From Myxococcota bacterium (lineage in GTDB: Bacteria; Myxococcota_A; Polyangia; Polyangiales; Sandaracinaceae): a stretch of DNA of 64,000 nt. A program made the position numbers and the translations under genes. The DNA lies in NCBI GenBank assembly GCA_036149055.1, contig JAYZQJ010000004.1:64001-128000 (forward strand), written 5' to 3'. Below are positions 9,234 through 19,931 of this stretch, piece after piece. Below the pieces are notes generated by a model that had not been told where the DNA came from, searched no databases, and saw nothing but the letters and a program-made list of their open reading frames with translations. How positions within the stretch are numbered: position 1 is the first letter of the stretch; each line of letters opens with the position of its first letter.

Positions 9234-9863
9234 ATGTCGACGGAAGAACGATGGATAGACGTGGTCGGCTCGCTCCAGCACCACGGCATGCTCACCGGCG
9301 TGGAGGAGGGGCTGGTGCCCTGGGACCAGGAGGTCACGCCGAGCCTGCTGATGCGCCTGATCCGACGGCACTACCGGATCGCGCCCGACCTGATCGAGCT
9401 CGCCTGGCGTCGGCAGCAGGACCACTACCTCGAGACGACCGACGGACAGCCGGTGGACTCGGTCGTGGCCGCCATCCGTCACGCCTGGCCGACCGCGCTC
9501 GACGGCCTCGAGGCCCGGCTGGAGAGCAACCAGCTCATCGTGCGCTCGGGTGAGGAGGAGGTCGCGCTCTACCGGATGCTGCGCCACGCGCGCTTGAACC
9601 GCCGGGTGATCGCGCCCGCCGACGAGCCGCGTCACGTGGTGGGCGGCGCCAACGTGCTGCTCGCGCGGATGGGCGTCGGACAGCGCTTCATCGAGCTGAA
9701 CCTCGGCCGCGGCCGGCAGGGCTTCATCGGCACGTCGCGGGACGGCGCCCAGGTGCTGTTCCGCTTCGGCCTCAGCCCGCGCCGCACCCTGCCGGAGGCC
9801 ATCGCCTTCGGCCGCTGGCAGGAGGCGCAGCGCGCCGAGGCGCCTCAGGCCCAGGCGATCTGA
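9234..9863 (+). CDS. Hypothetical protein
   Basis: GC3-rich ORF filling the gap, downstream of a sigma54 motif; no family recognised. Confidence 0.7.
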   Translation: MSTEERWIDVVGSLQHHGMLTGVEEGLVPWDQEVTPSLLMRLIRRHYRIAPDLIELAWRRQQDHYLETTDGQPVDSVVAAIRHAWPTALDGLEARLESNQLIVRSGEEEVALYRMLRHARLNRRVIAPADEPRHVVGGANVLLARMGVGQRFIELNLGRGRQGFIGTSRDGAQVLFRFGLSPRRTLPEAIAFGRWQEAQRAEAPQAQAI

Positions 9864-11795
9864 TCACTCCCCGAAGTCGCAGCCGCCGGGGCAGCTCGCC
9901 GGCGGCGCGATCACGGGGGCGCCGGCGCGCACGCTGCGCACGAAGGCGAAGATCTGCTCGCGGGCCGCGTCGCCGGCCGGCGTGTCCCGGGCGGCGAAGC
10001 CGTGCACCGCGAAGCTGTCGCCCGGCGGCGCGCGGAACTGCGTGAGCCCGCTGGCCATCGTCTCGCCGGCGACCGGCGCCACGCCCACCACCGGCTCGAG
10101 CACGCCGCCGACGTGGACCGCGCCCGCCGTCACCGCGGCGATCTCCGTGCCGGGGTTCGGCAGGATCGGGTCGCCCATGCTCTCCTGGAGCAGGAAGGTC
10201 GTCGGGCTCTCCGCGAGCACGTCCGTCCACGAGGCGCCGTCCGCCATGTCGAGGTTGGTCTGCGCGATGCTGAGCGCGAGCGCGAGGTCGATGTCGTCGT
10301 CGTGGCGGAGGCTCAGCAGCCCGTGGATGAGGTCGAAGGTCTCGGAGTGCCAGACCCACTGCGACCAGGCCGCGCCGGGCACGTTGACGACCGCGTTCTC
10401 CACCTCGGGATCGGCGGCGGCGTAGACCAGGCCGGTGGTGCCGCCGAGCGAGCCGCCCACCCACATGCGCAGCGAGCGGTCGGGGCGACGGCCCGCGATC
10501 GGGCTCGGCTCGCCGACGAGGGTGTCGGCGGCGAGCGCCTCGCCGAGCACGCCGGGCATGGCCGCGTCGATCGCCGCCGCGTGCGCGAGCGCCTCCACCA
10601 GCGAGGCGGCCGCCGCGTAGCTGCCGGAGAACGCCTGCTGCAGGCCGCCGAAGGTGCCGAGCACGTCGGTGTCGGTCCAGCCGTAGAGCCGCACGCCGAC
10701 CTTGGCGAGGCCCTCGGCGCCGAGCTCGGAGTCGAAGGCGTCGTCGCCCTCGTTGCCGCCGGTGCCGTGGCCGTACATCACGTACGGGTAGTCGCCCTCG
10801 CCGGCCGGGACGAGCAGCCGGAAGGGCGCCTCGGCGGTGCCGAGCTCGGTCGGCAGGCCGTCGTCGCCGGGCACGAAGCCGCCCTCCTCGGCGAGGAAGG
10901 TCGGCAGGCCGGTGATCGCGCCGCGCACGACGGCGGCGATCGCCGGATCGTCGGGGGTGTCCACCCGATCGATCCGCGCCTCGACGCGGCCCTCGCGCAC
11001 CGCGTCGAGCGCCGTCTGCCGCACGTGGATCATCGCCGCCCGCGGGTCGCGCGCGCTGCGGGTGGTGAACTCCCAGACGCGCAGCACCCGGGCCGGGTCG
11101 ATGGAGAGCTCGTCGAGCAGCGCGCGGGTCGGCGCGTGGTAGCCGGCGGCGTCCGCCTCCTCCGCGGTGGCGGGCCGGCGGAGGCCGAGCGCGGCGAGGG
11201 TGCCGGGGGGCGCCTCGAAGTCGCCGCCGTCGGTGGGGCGCAGCCCGTCGTCGATCACGACCACGTAGTCGGCGTTCGCGGCGAGGACCTCGCGCGGGTC
11301 GGCGATCACCACCGTGGCCCCGCCGTCGACCGTCAACGTCTCGAGCCGGAGCGGGACCTCGCGGCCGCGGTCGGGGTGACCGCTCTGCGCGAGGTAGAGG
11401 TGCACGCCGTCCTCGAGGCTCGCCTCGTCCACCGGCCGCTCGAAGTGGGCGAGGATCGGGGTCACGCGCGAGAAGCCGTCGGCCAGCGAGAGCGAGGCCC
11501 CGTCGTCGCGCGCGTTGATCGACGCCTCCGACACGGAGAGCCGGAGGCCGGTCTCGGTGCTCGAGTCGGCCACGGTGAAGGTGTTGGAGGGCCAGGGCAG
11601 GAGGCAGCGGCCGGGGTCGACCACGTCGCACGGCGCGCTCCGCGGCGCCCGCTCTCCCTCGGCGCGAGGCGTCACCTCGAAGTGCGCGTCGACCATGTCG
11701 CCGCCGTCGGGAGCGGCGGCCCCGTCGTCGCAGGCCTGGAGGCAGAGGAGGAGGGCGAAGAGGCGGAGCGTACGCACGCGCGGAGCGTAGCTCAC
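9864..11795 (-). CDS. Lipoprotein with C-terminal alpha/beta-hydrolase (lipase-like) domain
   Basis: Lipobox LQAC. CLLPWPSN N-terminal motif, YGHGTGG, GGSLGG nucleophile elbow, DPILPN, VHGF. Confidence 0.7.
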   Translation of the reverse strand: MSYAPRVRTLRLFALLLCLQACDDGAAAPDGGDMVDAHFEVTPRAEGERAPRSAPCDVVDPGRCLLPWPSNTFTVADSSTETGLRLSVSEASINARDDGASLSLADGFSRVTPILAHFERPVDEASLEDGVHLYLAQSGHPDRGREVPLRLETLTVDGGATVVIADPREVLAANADYVVVIDDGLRPTDGGDFEAPPGTLAALGLRRPATAEEADAAGYHAPTRALLDELSIDPARVLRVWEFTTRSARDPRAAMIHVRQTALDAVREGRVEARIDRVDTPDDPAIAAVVRGAITGLPTFLAEEGGFVPGDDGLPTELGTAEAPFRLLVPAGEGDYPYVMYGHGTGGNEGDDAFDSELGAEGLAKVGVRLYGWTDTDVLGTFGGLQQAFSGSYAAAASLVEALAHAAAIDAAMPGVLGEALAADTLVGEPSPIAGRRPDRSLRMWVGGSLGGTTGLVYAAADPEVENAVVNVPGAAWSQWVWHSETFDLIHGLLSLRHDDDIDLALALSIAQTNLDMADGASWTDVLAESPTTFLLQESMGDPILPNPGTEIAAVTAGAVHVGGVLEPVVGVAPVAGETMASGLTQFRAPPGDSFAVHGFAARDTPAGDAAREQIFAFVRSVRAGAPVIAPPASCPGGCDFGE

Positions 11796-14700
11796 ATCTT
11801 GCGGTTGCGTGCCTCTTCGAGCAGCCGGGTGAGCTCTTGCTTGCTCATCGGCTTGACGAGGTGTCGATCGAAGCCGGCGGCGTCCGCCTTGTCCTTGTCC
11901 TCGGCGCGGCCGTAGCCGGTGAGCGCGACCAGGAAGTGGGCGACGCCGTTCTCCGCCTGGCGGATCCGCCGCGCGACCTCGTAGCCGTCGATGCCCGGCA
12001 GGCCGATGTCGACGAGCGCGAGGTCGGGCTGCGCGTCGAGGATCGCGCCGATCGCGCTCTCGCCGTCGCCCACCGCGATCGCCTCGTGTCCGCGCATCTG
12101 CACGAGCATCTGGAGCATCTCGCGGTTGTCGTCCTGGTCCTCGACGACCACCACCCGGAGCGAGGCCTGATCCCCGTCGGTGACCGGCTCCTCGTCGGTG
12201 TCGTCGGGCAGCGCGCCCTTCGCGACCGGCAGCTCGATGAGCACCTCGGTCCCCTTGCCCCGGCCCTCGCTCTTCGCGCGGATGGTTCCGTCGTGCGCGT
12301 CGGCGATCTTGCGCGCGAGGCTGAGCCCCACCCCGAGCCCGCCCATCGCGCGGTCGATGTCCTGCTCGCGCTGGTAGAAGAGCTCGAAGATCTGGGCCGC
12401 CTCCGCCGGCGCCATGCCGACGCCCTCGTCCCGCACCCAGACGCGCGCGAGGTCCCCTTCGCGCTCCACCGTCAGCCGCACCGCCTTGCCGCGGTCGGTG
12501 AACTTCACGCCGTTCATCAGGACGTTGGTGATCATCTGCTGGAGGCGCGACGGGTCGGCCACCAGGCGCACGTCGGGCAGCTCCTCCGGCCCCTCGAGCT
12601 TCACGCCGCGGGCGCGCGCGGTGACCGCGACGGTCTCCAGGCTGCGCTCGACGACGGTCGCCAGGGTGACCGGCTTCTTGCGCATCTCCAGCCGATCCAT
12701 CGTGAGCCGGCTGACGTCGAGCAGGTCCTCGAGCAGGTCGCGCACGTGCTGGGTCTGGCGCTTCATCACCGCCAGGGCGCGGCTCGCCTCTTCGTCGTCG
12801 CGCCGCTCGACCACGTGGGCCGCGTTCGCGATGGCGGCCAGCGGGTTGCGCAGCTCGTGCGACAGCATCGCGAGGAAGCGATCGCGCTGTTCGACCGCGC
12901 GCCGCTGCTGCTCCTCGACGAGCTTCCGGTCGGTGATGTCGAGGCTGACGCTCGCGACCCCCACGTTGGAGCCGTCGGCGCCGGGGAAGGCGAACTTCGA
13001 GGTGAGGAAGGTGTGGGCCTCGCCGTCGAGCGAGACCGCCTCCTCGATGATGACGGGATCGCCGGTCGCGAGGACCCGCTGCTCGGTCTCGTCGAGCGGG
13101 CGCGCCTCGTCGGGGGTGAAGAGCCGCCGGGCCTCCTGGCTCGCCATGGTCAGCCGGCCCTGCGGGTCTCGCGCGGTGATGGCGAAGGGGCTGTGCTCGA
13201 GGATCGCCTGCAGCTCGTTCTCGCGCACCTCGAGCCGCGCCTCGGTCTGCTTCACCGCCGAGATGTCGATGAGGGTGAGGACCACGCCCTCGATCCGCTC
13301 GCGCGGCTGATAGGGGAGGATCCGCAGCAGGTAGCTCTGCCCGGCCTGGTCCTTCACCTCGCGCTCCACGCGCCCGGCGCCGTTCTTCACCGCGTGCAGG
13401 TCACGGGTGAGGTCGGCGTGGCTCAGGCGATGCGAGAACGACTCGATCGAGCGGCCGATGTCCCGGTCGATGAGGTTGAAGGTCTCGGCCATCTTCGGGG
13501 TGAACTTCCGGACGCGGAGCTCGGCGTCGAGGAAGACGGTGTGCACCTCGGTCGCCTCGAGCAGGTGCTCGACGTCGTTGGTCAGCTGCTGGAGCTCCGC
13601 GATCTTCTGCTGGTGCTCGGCGTTGACCGTGTAGAGCTCCTCGTTGACCGACTGCAGCTCCTCGTTCGCGCTGTGGAGCTCCTCGTTCGAGGCGATCAGC
13701 TCCTCGTTGGTGGCCTGCAGCTCCTCGTTCGAGGCCTCCATCTCCTCGACGGTGGCCTGCAGGTTCTCCTTCGCGTAGCGGAGCTCGAGCTCCAGCGACT
13801 CGACGCGCTCCTTGGCGAGCCCGTCCCGCGGCCGGGTCTCGGCGTCGTCGTCGTCGAGGAGGCGCTCGGGCGCGGCGCGCTCCTGGAAGGTGATGAGGAA
13901 GGCGTCGCTGTCCCCCTCGATCATCTCCGCGGTGAGCTGCAGCATCTGCTCGCCGTCCGACGTCCGGTGCGGCACCGCCTCGAAGCGGATGGGCTTGCCG
14001 GGGCCGTGCTCGCGGGCGCGCTTGAGGGCGCTGGCCAGCGCGTACTTGAGCTCCCCGTCGACCATGTCGAGGATCTGGAGGCTGGCCGCGCCCTCGCGGT
14101 GGGTGAGGAAGCGGCTCGCGCCGCCCTCGCTCCGGATCAGGGTGTGGTCGCCCGAGACGATGAGGCTCGCCGGGGCGAAGCGCTCGAGCAGGAGGCGCCG
14201 GGAGCGCTCGAGCAGCTCGTCCGGGCCGCTGCGCCGCGGCTCCGGCCGGCGGCGGGCGCGGGTGAGCGAGCGCAGCTCGGGCGGCAGCCGGACCTCGCGG
14301 CGCTTGCGGTAGATCTTCCAGCGCCGGTGCACCGGGGCGAGCTCGTCGCCGAGGCTGCCGGGGCTCTCGCTCGGCCCGAGCATGAGGATGCCCTGGCTCT
14401 TGAGGCCGAAGTGGAACAGCGCGAGCGTCTTCCGCTGCGCCTGGGGCCGCAGGTAGATCAGCAGGTTGCGGCAGACCACGAGGTCGAGCCGGGTGAACGG
14501 CGCGTCGCGCAGGACGTTGTGGTAGGCGAAGACGATCTGGTTGCGCAGCTCGTCGCGCACCCGGAAGCGGTCGCCCTCGCGCGCGAAGTAGCGGTCGCGC
14601 CGCTCCTTGCCGAGCTCCGCCAGGCTCTCCTCGGCGTAGACGCCGCTCGAGGCGACCTCGAGGGAGCCGCGGTGCACGTCGGTCGCGAACAGCCGGAGCT

Positions 14701-15775
14701 TCGGCTTGCGGTCGAGGCTCCGGAACGCCTCGTGGGCGGCGATCGCGACCGAGTAGGCCTCCTCACCGGTGGCGCAGGCGGCCGACCACACCCGGAGCGG
14801 CTGACCCTCCTCGAGGTTCTCGATCAGCTCGGGGAGGATCTCCTGCTCGAGCTTCACGAACGCGTCCGGGTCGCGGAAGAAGCTGGTCACCCCGATCAGC
14901 AGGTCGCGGTAGAGCGCCTCTCGCTCGGTCGGGCTGTCCCGCAGCTTGTCGAGGTACTCGTCGAGATCGCGGGCCCCGGTCATCAGGAGCCGGCGGTCGA
15001 GGCGGCGGCCGATGGTGCTCGCCTTGTAGGCGCCGAAGTCGACGCCGGTGTCCTTGGCGAGCACCTCGAAGATGCCCTCGAGCCCCTCGTGCTGCTCCTC
15101 GACCAGGAACGGGCGGTCGTCGCGCGAGACCCGCTCGGAGTAGCGGGCGATCGCCTCGCCGATCTGCGCCGGGCCGAGCACGAGGTCGACGTCCCCGGTG
15201 TCGATCGCGCTCATCGGCATGCCGTCGAAGCGCGCCGACGGCGGGTCCTGGGCGACGACGAGGCCGCCCGCCTGGTGAACGGCCGTGCAGCCTCGGGTGC
15301 CGTCGCTCCCGGTGCCGCTCAGGATCACCGCGCACGATCGCGGGCCGGCGTCCTCGGCGAGCGATCGGAGGAAGGCGTCGATCGGCAGCCAGATGCCCTT
15401 GTCCGGCTCGCGGTCCTTGAGCAGGAGCCGGCCGGCGCTGACGATCATCTCGACCTTCGGGGGCATCAGGTAGATGACGCCCTGCTCGACGGGCTGCTCG
15501 TGGGTGGCGATCTCGATCTGCCAGTCGGTGTGGGCCGCCAGCAGCTCGTCCATCTTCGTCTCGAAGTCGGGCGAGAGGTGCTGGACCACCACCAGCGCGG
15601 CCGGGAGCCGGTTGGGGAGGCCCGCCAGCAGCTCCTGCAACGCCTGCAGGCCCCCGGCGGACGCACCCACCCCCACGACCGTCAGCGGGGGCTGTCGGTC
15701 TCCCGACTCCCCCGAATCGTGCGTCTGGTCTGACACCGCTGCGGGGAATCCTATGTCCGGCCCGGTCCCCCACAA
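11792..15775 (-). CDS. CheB/CheR fusion with coiled coil, PAS, histidine kinase and receiver domains
   Basis: CheB motifs [17 protein letters not shown]. CheR motifs [28 protein letters not shown]. (NEELQ)n coil, [23 protein letters not shown]. Exact start uncertain. Confidence 0.9.
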   Translation of the reverse strand: MWGTGPDIGFPAAVSDQTHDSGESGDRQPPLTVVGVGASAGGLQALQELLAGLPNRLPAALVVVQHLSPDFETKMDELLAAHTDWQIEIATHEQPVEQGVIYLMPPKVEMIVSAGRLLLKDREPDKGIWLPIDAFLRSLAEDAGPRSCAVILSGTGSDGTRGCTAVHQAGGLVVAQDPPSARFDGMPMSAIDTGDVDLVLGPAQIGEAIARYSERVSRDDRPFLVEEQHEGLEGIFEVLAKDTGVDFGAYKASTIGRRLDRRLLMTGARDLDEYLDKLRDSPTEREALYRDLLIGVTSFFRDPDAFVKLEQEILPELIENLEEGQPLRVWSAACATGEEAYSVAIAAHEAFRSLDRKPKLRLFATDVHRGSLEVASSGVYAEESLAELGKERRDRYFAREGDRFRVRDELRNQIVFAYHNVLRDAPFTRLDLVVCRNLLIYLRPQAQRKTLALFHFGLKSQGILMLGPSESPGSLGDELAPVHRRWKIYRKRREVRLPPELRSLTRARRRPEPRRSGPDELLERSRRLLLERFAPASLIVSGDHTLIRSEGGASRFLTHREGAASLQILDMVDGELKYALASALKRAREHGPGKPIRFEAVPHRTSDGEQMLQLTAEMIEGDSDAFLITFQERAAPERLLDDDDAETRPRDGLAKERVESLELELRYAKENLQATVEEMEASNEELQATNEELIASNEELHSANEELQSVNEELYTVNAEHQQKIAELQQLTNDVEHLLEATEVHTVFLDAELRVRKFTPKMAETFNLIDRDIGRSIESFSHRLSHADLTRDLHAVKNGAGRVEREVKDQAGQSYLLRILPYQPRERIEGVVLTLIDISAVKQTEARLEVRENELQAILEHSPFAITARDPQGRLTMASQEARRLFTPDEARPLDETEQRVLATGDPVIIEEAVSLDGEAHTFLTSKFAFPGADGSNVGVASVSLDITDRKLVEEQQRRAVEQRDRFLAMLSHELRNPLAAIANAAHVVERRDDEEASRALAVMKRQTQHVRDLLEDLLDVSRLTMDRLEMRKKPVTLATVVERSLETVAVTARARGVKLEGPEELPDVRLVADPSRLQQMITNVLMNGVKFTDRGKAVRLTVEREGDLARVWVRDEGVGMAPAEAAQIFELFYQREQDIDRAMGGLGVGLSLARKIADAHDGTIRAKSEGRGKGTEVLIELPVAKGALPDDTDEEPVTDGDQASLRVVVVEDQDDNREMLQMLVQMRGHEAIAVGDGESAIGAILDAQPDLALVDIGLPGIDGYEVARRIRQAENGVAHFLVALTGYGRAEDKDKADAAGFDRHLVKPMSKQELTRLLEEARNRKM

Positions 15776-15851
15776 CCACTTATCTACAATTGCGAAGGGC
15801 GCGCGGCCGAAGCCTGCGCGCCCTCCGCGGATCGGCGGCCCGACGAGCTCG

Positions 15852-17249
15852 TCAGGCCGCCACGTGGCTTTTCGAGATGCCCTTCTTCTTGAGCTTCTCG
15901 ACCAGGGTCGTCCGGTTCATCTGGAGGATCGAGGCCGCCTGGTTCTTGTTCCAGCCGGTCCGCTCGAGCGCCTGCACGATGAGCGCGTTCTCGAACTGCT
16001 CGACCGCGTCCTTCAGGTCCAGCCCCGCCTCCGGGAGGATCGGGTTGCCGCCACCGTCGGCCGCCGCGGCGCCGCTGGCCTCGCGGATGCGCGCCGGCAC
16101 GTCGTCGAGGGTCAGGGTCTCCCCCTGGGCCAGGACGACCATGCGCTCGACGGTGTGGCGCAGCTGGCGGACGTTCCCGGGCCAGTCGAAGCCCTGGAGG
16201 GCCGCCAGCGCCGCGTCCTCGATGCGGGTGATGTTGCGGTTCCGGCGCCGGCTCGCCTCGGTGATGAAGTGGCCGACGAGGTGGGGGATGTCTCCGGGGC
16301 GCTGCCGGAGCGCGGGCAGCTCGATCCGGATCACGTCGAGCCGGTAGAGGAGGTCCTCCCGGAAGCGGCCCTTCTCGGCCATCTCCTCGACGTCGCGGTG
16401 GGTCGCGGCGACCACCCGGACGTCGACCTTGTGGCTCTTGGACTCGCCGACCGGCCGGATCTCGCCCTCCTGGAGCACCCGGAGGAGCTTCGCCTGGAGC
16501 GAGAGGTCCATCTCGCCGATCTCGTCGAGCAGGAGGGTGCCGCCGTCGGCGACCGCGAAGCGCCCCTTGTGCGCGCTGGTGGCCCCGGTGAAGGCGCCCT
16601 TGGCGTGCCCGAAGAGCTCGCTCTCCATCAGGTTCTCGGGGATCGCGGCGCAGTTCATCGGGACGAAGGCGCCCTTGCGGCGCTCGCTCGCCCGGTGGAT
16701 CGCCTGCGCGACGAGCTCCTTGCCGGTCCCGGTCTCGCCGGTGATGAGCACCGAGCAGTCGGTGTCGGCGACCCGGCGCACGATGTCGAAGACCCGCATC
16801 AGGGTGGGGTCCTCGCCGATGATCTCCGGGCAGTGCTCGGTCCGCCACGCGGCCAGGTCGTCCTCGGTGGCCGGCGGCGCCGCGCCGAGGGAGCGCGCGC
16901 TCTGGACGCGCTCGAGGCTGTTGTCGAGGGCCTCGAGCGAGAAGGGCTTGGTCAGGAAGTCGTCGGCGCCGTGGCGGAGCGCGGAGATCGCGTGGTCCAG
17001 GACCGCCTGGCCGGTCATGACGATCACCGCCGCGCGGCTGGCGTGCACGTGGTCGACCACGCTGAAGCCCTGTCCGTCGGGCAGCATCACGTCGGTGAGG
17101 ACGACGTCGACGTCGGGCTCCGCCTCGAGCACCTCGCGGGCCTCCTTGCAGCTGCCCGCCTCGAGGATCTCCTCGCCACGCCGGCGCAGGTGCCTCGCGA
17201 GGCTGCGCCGGAGCGTCTCTTCGTCTTCGACGATCAGGATTTTCGACAT
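15852..17249 (-). CDS. Sigma54-dependent response regulator, FleQ/FlrA-like candidate flagellar master activator
   Basis: REC (ILIVEDE, TDVMLPDG), GETGTGKE, ESELFGHAKGAFTGA, and C-terminal LPEAGLDLK...NRTTLVEKLKK resembling FleQ/FlrA. ATG at 17249. Confidence 0.85.
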   Translation of the reverse strand: MSKILIVEDEETLRRSLARHLRRRGEEILEAGSCKEAREVLEAEPDVDVVLTDVMLPDGQGFSVVDHVHASRAAVIVMTGQAVLDHAISALRHGADDFLTKPFSLEALDNSLERVQSARSLGAAPPATEDDLAAWRTEHCPEIIGEDPTLMRVFDIVRRVADTDCSVLITGETGTGKELVAQAIHRASERRKGAFVPMNCAAIPENLMESELFGHAKGAFTGATSAHKGRFAVADGGTLLLDEIGEMDLSLQAKLLRVLQEGEIRPVGESKSHKVDVRVVAATHRDVEEMAEKGRFREDLLYRLDVIRIELPALRQRPGDIPHLVGHFITEASRRRNRNITRIEDAALAALQGFDWPGNVRQLRHTVERMVVLAQGETLTLDDVPARIREASGAAAADGGGNPILPEAGLDLKDAVEQFENALIVQALERTGWNKNQAASILQMNRTTLVEKLKKKGISKSHVAA

Positions 17250-17280
17250 CGCGTGGGGCCTCCCGCCTCCATGGATTTCG

Positions 17281-17318
17281 TCCGACACCCCGAACGGCGG
17301 AGGTGTCGGATTTTTGAC
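17281..17318. promoter_or_regulatory. Inverted repeat plus GTC-N8-GAC (FleQ-box-like) site
   Basis: TCCGACACC..GGTGTCGGA (17281-17310) overlaps GTCGGATTTTTGAC (17305-17318). Confidence 0.5.
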
Positions 17319-17379
17319 CCTAACCAGGATCAAAGCTGATTTCCTCAAGCTCGGCCAGCTTTCGACCGTTGACGAGGGC

Positions 17380-18462
17380 ATGAGCCGCGCGACTCTCCCG
17401 CGACCCCTGCTCGGCGACGCCTTCTCCCCGGACGCGGTCATCGAGGTGGAGGCGCTGCTCCGGCGCCAGCTCCGGCCCCACGGCTGGGTGCGCTCCGTCG
17501 AGGTCGCGACCGAGCCCGAGGCGCTGCCCGCGCCGGGCCGCGGCGATCACGCCCGCCTCCGGGTCCCGGTCGAGGCCGAGCGCGTCTGGGCCCAGATCGT
17601 CTGGGAGCCGGGCGACGGAGCCCGGGACGCGCTGGTCCGGCAGTCGGTGGAGCTGGTCGGGGCCCGCATCCGCGAGGAGGCGTGGGCCGGGGAGCAGCTC
17701 GTCCTGCGCGATCGCCTCGCCGCCCTCCGCCAGCGCATGGTCGAGCGCAACCGGATGGCCGCGCTCGGCACGATGGCCGCGAGCGTCGCCCACGACATCC
17801 GCACCCCGCTGACCGTGCTCTTCGCCAACCTCTCCTACCTGGAGGAGGCGCTCGAGGGCCTGCAGACCGACGACTCCGAGGAGCTGCGCTCGGTCCTCGA
17901 CGACAACCGCCTGGCGGTCGAGCTGATCGAGGGGGTCCTCGACTCGATGAAGACCTTCGTCGCCGACGGCGAGGCCGCCGGCCTGGTGCGGGTCGAGCAG
18001 GTGGTCGCCTCGGCGGTGCGCCTGACCCGCTGGCACTTCGGCAACGCCCAGGTGCACGTCGAGCCCCGGGTCGAGGGCGATCCGCTCGCCTGCGGCACCG
18101 TCGGCGAGGTCTGTCAGATCCTCGTCAATCTCCTGGCGAACGCCGCCGAGGCCTCCCCGCGCGGCTCGCTCGTCCGGGTGCTCGCGCGCCGGGCCGGGGA
18201 GATGACCTCCATCTTCGTCGTCGACGAGGGCCCCGGGGTCCCGCGCCGCCACCGCGACGCCATCTTCGAGGCCTTCCACACCACCAAGGCCGCCGGCATG
18301 GGCCTCGGCCTCTCGATCGCGCGCGAGATGGCCCGCCGCCACGGCGGGGAGCTCGCCCTGCTCGACGCCCCGCCCCCCGAGCTCGATCCCGCCCCCGTCG
18401 GCGCCTGCTTCGAGCTCCGCCTCCCCGCTTCCCTCCGCGCCACCCTCTTCCCTCCCGCCTGA
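17380..18462 (+). CDS. Cytoplasmic sensor histidine kinase (FleS/FlgS-like position)
   Basis: AHDIRTPL, QILVNLLANA, DEGPG, FHTTK, GMGLGL. No obvious TM. Divergent from the sigma54 regulator. Confidence 0.85.
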   Translation: MSRATLPRPLLGDAFSPDAVIEVEALLRRQLRPHGWVRSVEVATEPEALPAPGRGDHARLRVPVEAERVWAQIVWEPGDGARDALVRQSVELVGARIREEAWAGEQLVLRDRLAALRQRMVERNRMAALGTMAASVAHDIRTPLTVLFANLSYLEEALEGLQTDDSEELRSVLDDNRLAVELIEGVLDSMKTFVADGEAAGLVRVEQVVASAVRLTRWHFGNAQVHVEPRVEGDPLACGTVGEVCQILVNLLANAAEASPRGSLVRVLARRAGEMTSIFVVDEGPGVPRRHRDAIFEAFHTTKAAGMGLGLSIAREMARRHGGELALLDAPPPELDPAPVGACFELRLPASLRATLFPPA

Positions 18463-19360
18463 TCCCTTCGTGCTCCCTGGCTTCACCGAAGTCAGGGGAG
18501 ACGGGAGAGAGGAGGCGAGGAGGAAGTGTCGCTGCGCGCCACGCGACTCCTTGCGGGGTCTCGGAGGACGGCAATTGCTCTCGCAAAGACGCAAAGCCGC
18601 CAAGGGGGTGGGTGGCGGCGGGGTGGGGGCTGGCCGCCGGGTCTCGGGCTGCGTCCGTCGAACCGGCCGTTCGAAGCGGTGGGCTCGGAGGACGGCAATT
18701 GCTCTCGCAAAGACGCAAAGCCGCAAAGGGGGTGGGTGGCGGCGGGGTGGGGGCTGGCCGCCGGGTGCCGGGCTGGATTGTCGCGTTCGGCCGGCAGGCC
18801 CGCCCAGCTATTCCTCCTCGCCTCCCACCTCCCCTCTCCCCTGCTTTCTGCGACGCCGAAGAGGGTCCTGATCCTCCGTGGTCCGTGGCTTCACCGAAGT
18901 CGGGGGAGACGGGAGAGAGGAGGCGAGGAGGAAGTGTCGCTGCGCGCCACGCGACTCCATGCGGGGTCTCGGAGGACGGCAATTGCTCTCGCAAAGGCGC
19001 AAAGCCGCAAAGGGGGTGGGTGGCGGCGGGGTGGGGGCTGGCCGCGGGGTGCTGGGCTGGATCGTCGCGTTCGGCCGGCAGGCCCGCCTGGCTATTCCTC
19101 CTCGCCTCCCACCTCCCCTCTCCCTGCTTTCTGCGACGCCGAAGAGGGCTCTGATCCTCCGTGGTCCGTGGCTTCACCGAAGTCGGGGGAGACGGGAGAG
19201 AGGAGGCGAGGAGGAAGTGTCGCTGCGCGACACGCGGCGATCGGGCGGCGGGGTGGGGGCTGGCCGCCGGGTGCTGGGCTGGACCGTCGCGTTCGGCCGG
19301 CAGGCCCGCCCAGCTATTCCTCCTCGCCTCCCACCTCCCCTCTCCCCTGCTTTCTGCGAG
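18459..19360. repeat. Mosaic REP/BIME-like tandem repeat (modules A, B, C)
   Basis: Module A starts at 18459/18868/19151. Module B (CTCGGAGGACGGCAATTGCTCTCGCAAAG) at 18560/18684/18968. Module C (CTATTCCTCCTCGCCTCCCACCTCCCC) near 18805/19090/19310. A and C cores are reverse complements. Confidence 0.9.
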
Positions 19361-19396
19361 GCCGATGCTCTCTGCGGGCCGACGGGGAGAAGGGGT

Positions 19397-19410
19397 GTCG
19401 GAGCGTTGGC
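19397..19410. promoter_or_regulatory. Candidate activator box for the flgB operon
   Basis: GTCGGAGCGTTGGC, 100 bp upstream of the -24 GG. It shares GGTGTCGGA with the 17302 site. Confidence 0.45.
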
Positions 19411-19495
19411 ACCCGATGGGGGGATCCGAGGGGGCTCTGACGCTCGGAGGGGGATCGAGGGGTGAAAGGTGGGGGATCGCGTGTGGAACCAGGGG

Positions 19496-19511
19496 TGGCA
19501 CGAGGGGTGCA
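19496..19511 (+). promoter_or_regulatory. Sigma54 promoter of the flgB operon
   Basis: TGGCACGAGGGGTGCA, GG-N10-GC. Confidence 0.8.
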
Positions 19512-19524
19512 CTAGCTCCGCTCC

Positions 19525-19923
19525 GTGATTCCCATCTTCCAGAGCGTGGCCCTGACCCACCGCGCGCTCGACTATCACCTCGAGCGCCAGAACGTCCTGG
19601 CCTCCAACGTCGCCAACGTCGACACGCCCGGCTTCCGGCCCCTCGAGCTCGTCCGGGAGGACGTGCCGACCGAGGCGCCGGGGACGCTGCGGCTCGAGAC
19701 GACGCACGGGGCCCACGTGGGCCAGTCCGGCGACGCGACCCGCCCCTTCGTGCTCACCGAGTCCGAGGAGCAGGTCGTCAACCCCGGCAACGACGGGAAC
19801 GCCGTCTCGCTCGAGCGCGAGATGAGCAAGGTCGCCGCCAACAACATCCGGTACGAGGGCGCGGTTCGGATCGTCCGCAGCCAGCTCGGCCTCCTTCGCT
19901 ACGCCGCCAACGACGGGCACTGA
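19525..19923 (+). CDS. flgB: Flagellar basal-body rod protein FlgB
   Basis: RQNVLASNVANVDTPGF; DGNAVSLEREM. Confidence 0.92.
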   Translation: MIPIFQSVALTHRALDYHLERQNVLASNVANVDTPGFRPLELVREDVPTEAPGTLRLETTHGAHVGQSGDATRPFVLTESEEQVVNPGNDGNAVSLEREMSKVAANNIRYEGAVRIVRSQLGLLRYAANDGH

Positions 19924-19931
19924 GAGAGACG

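Noticed and set aside
11792..15775. CheB/CheR fusion as evidence of flagellar chemotaxis
   Set aside because: CheBR-PAS-kinase fusions are widespread and not diagnostic of chemotaxis, and there are no cheA, cheW, cheY or MCP genes in the window.
18459..19360. CRISPR array, or the long ORFs crossing this repeat
   Set aside because: There are no unique spacers because the intervening sequence is itself repeated. The ORFs in several frames are repeat-derived and lack coding-like codon bias.
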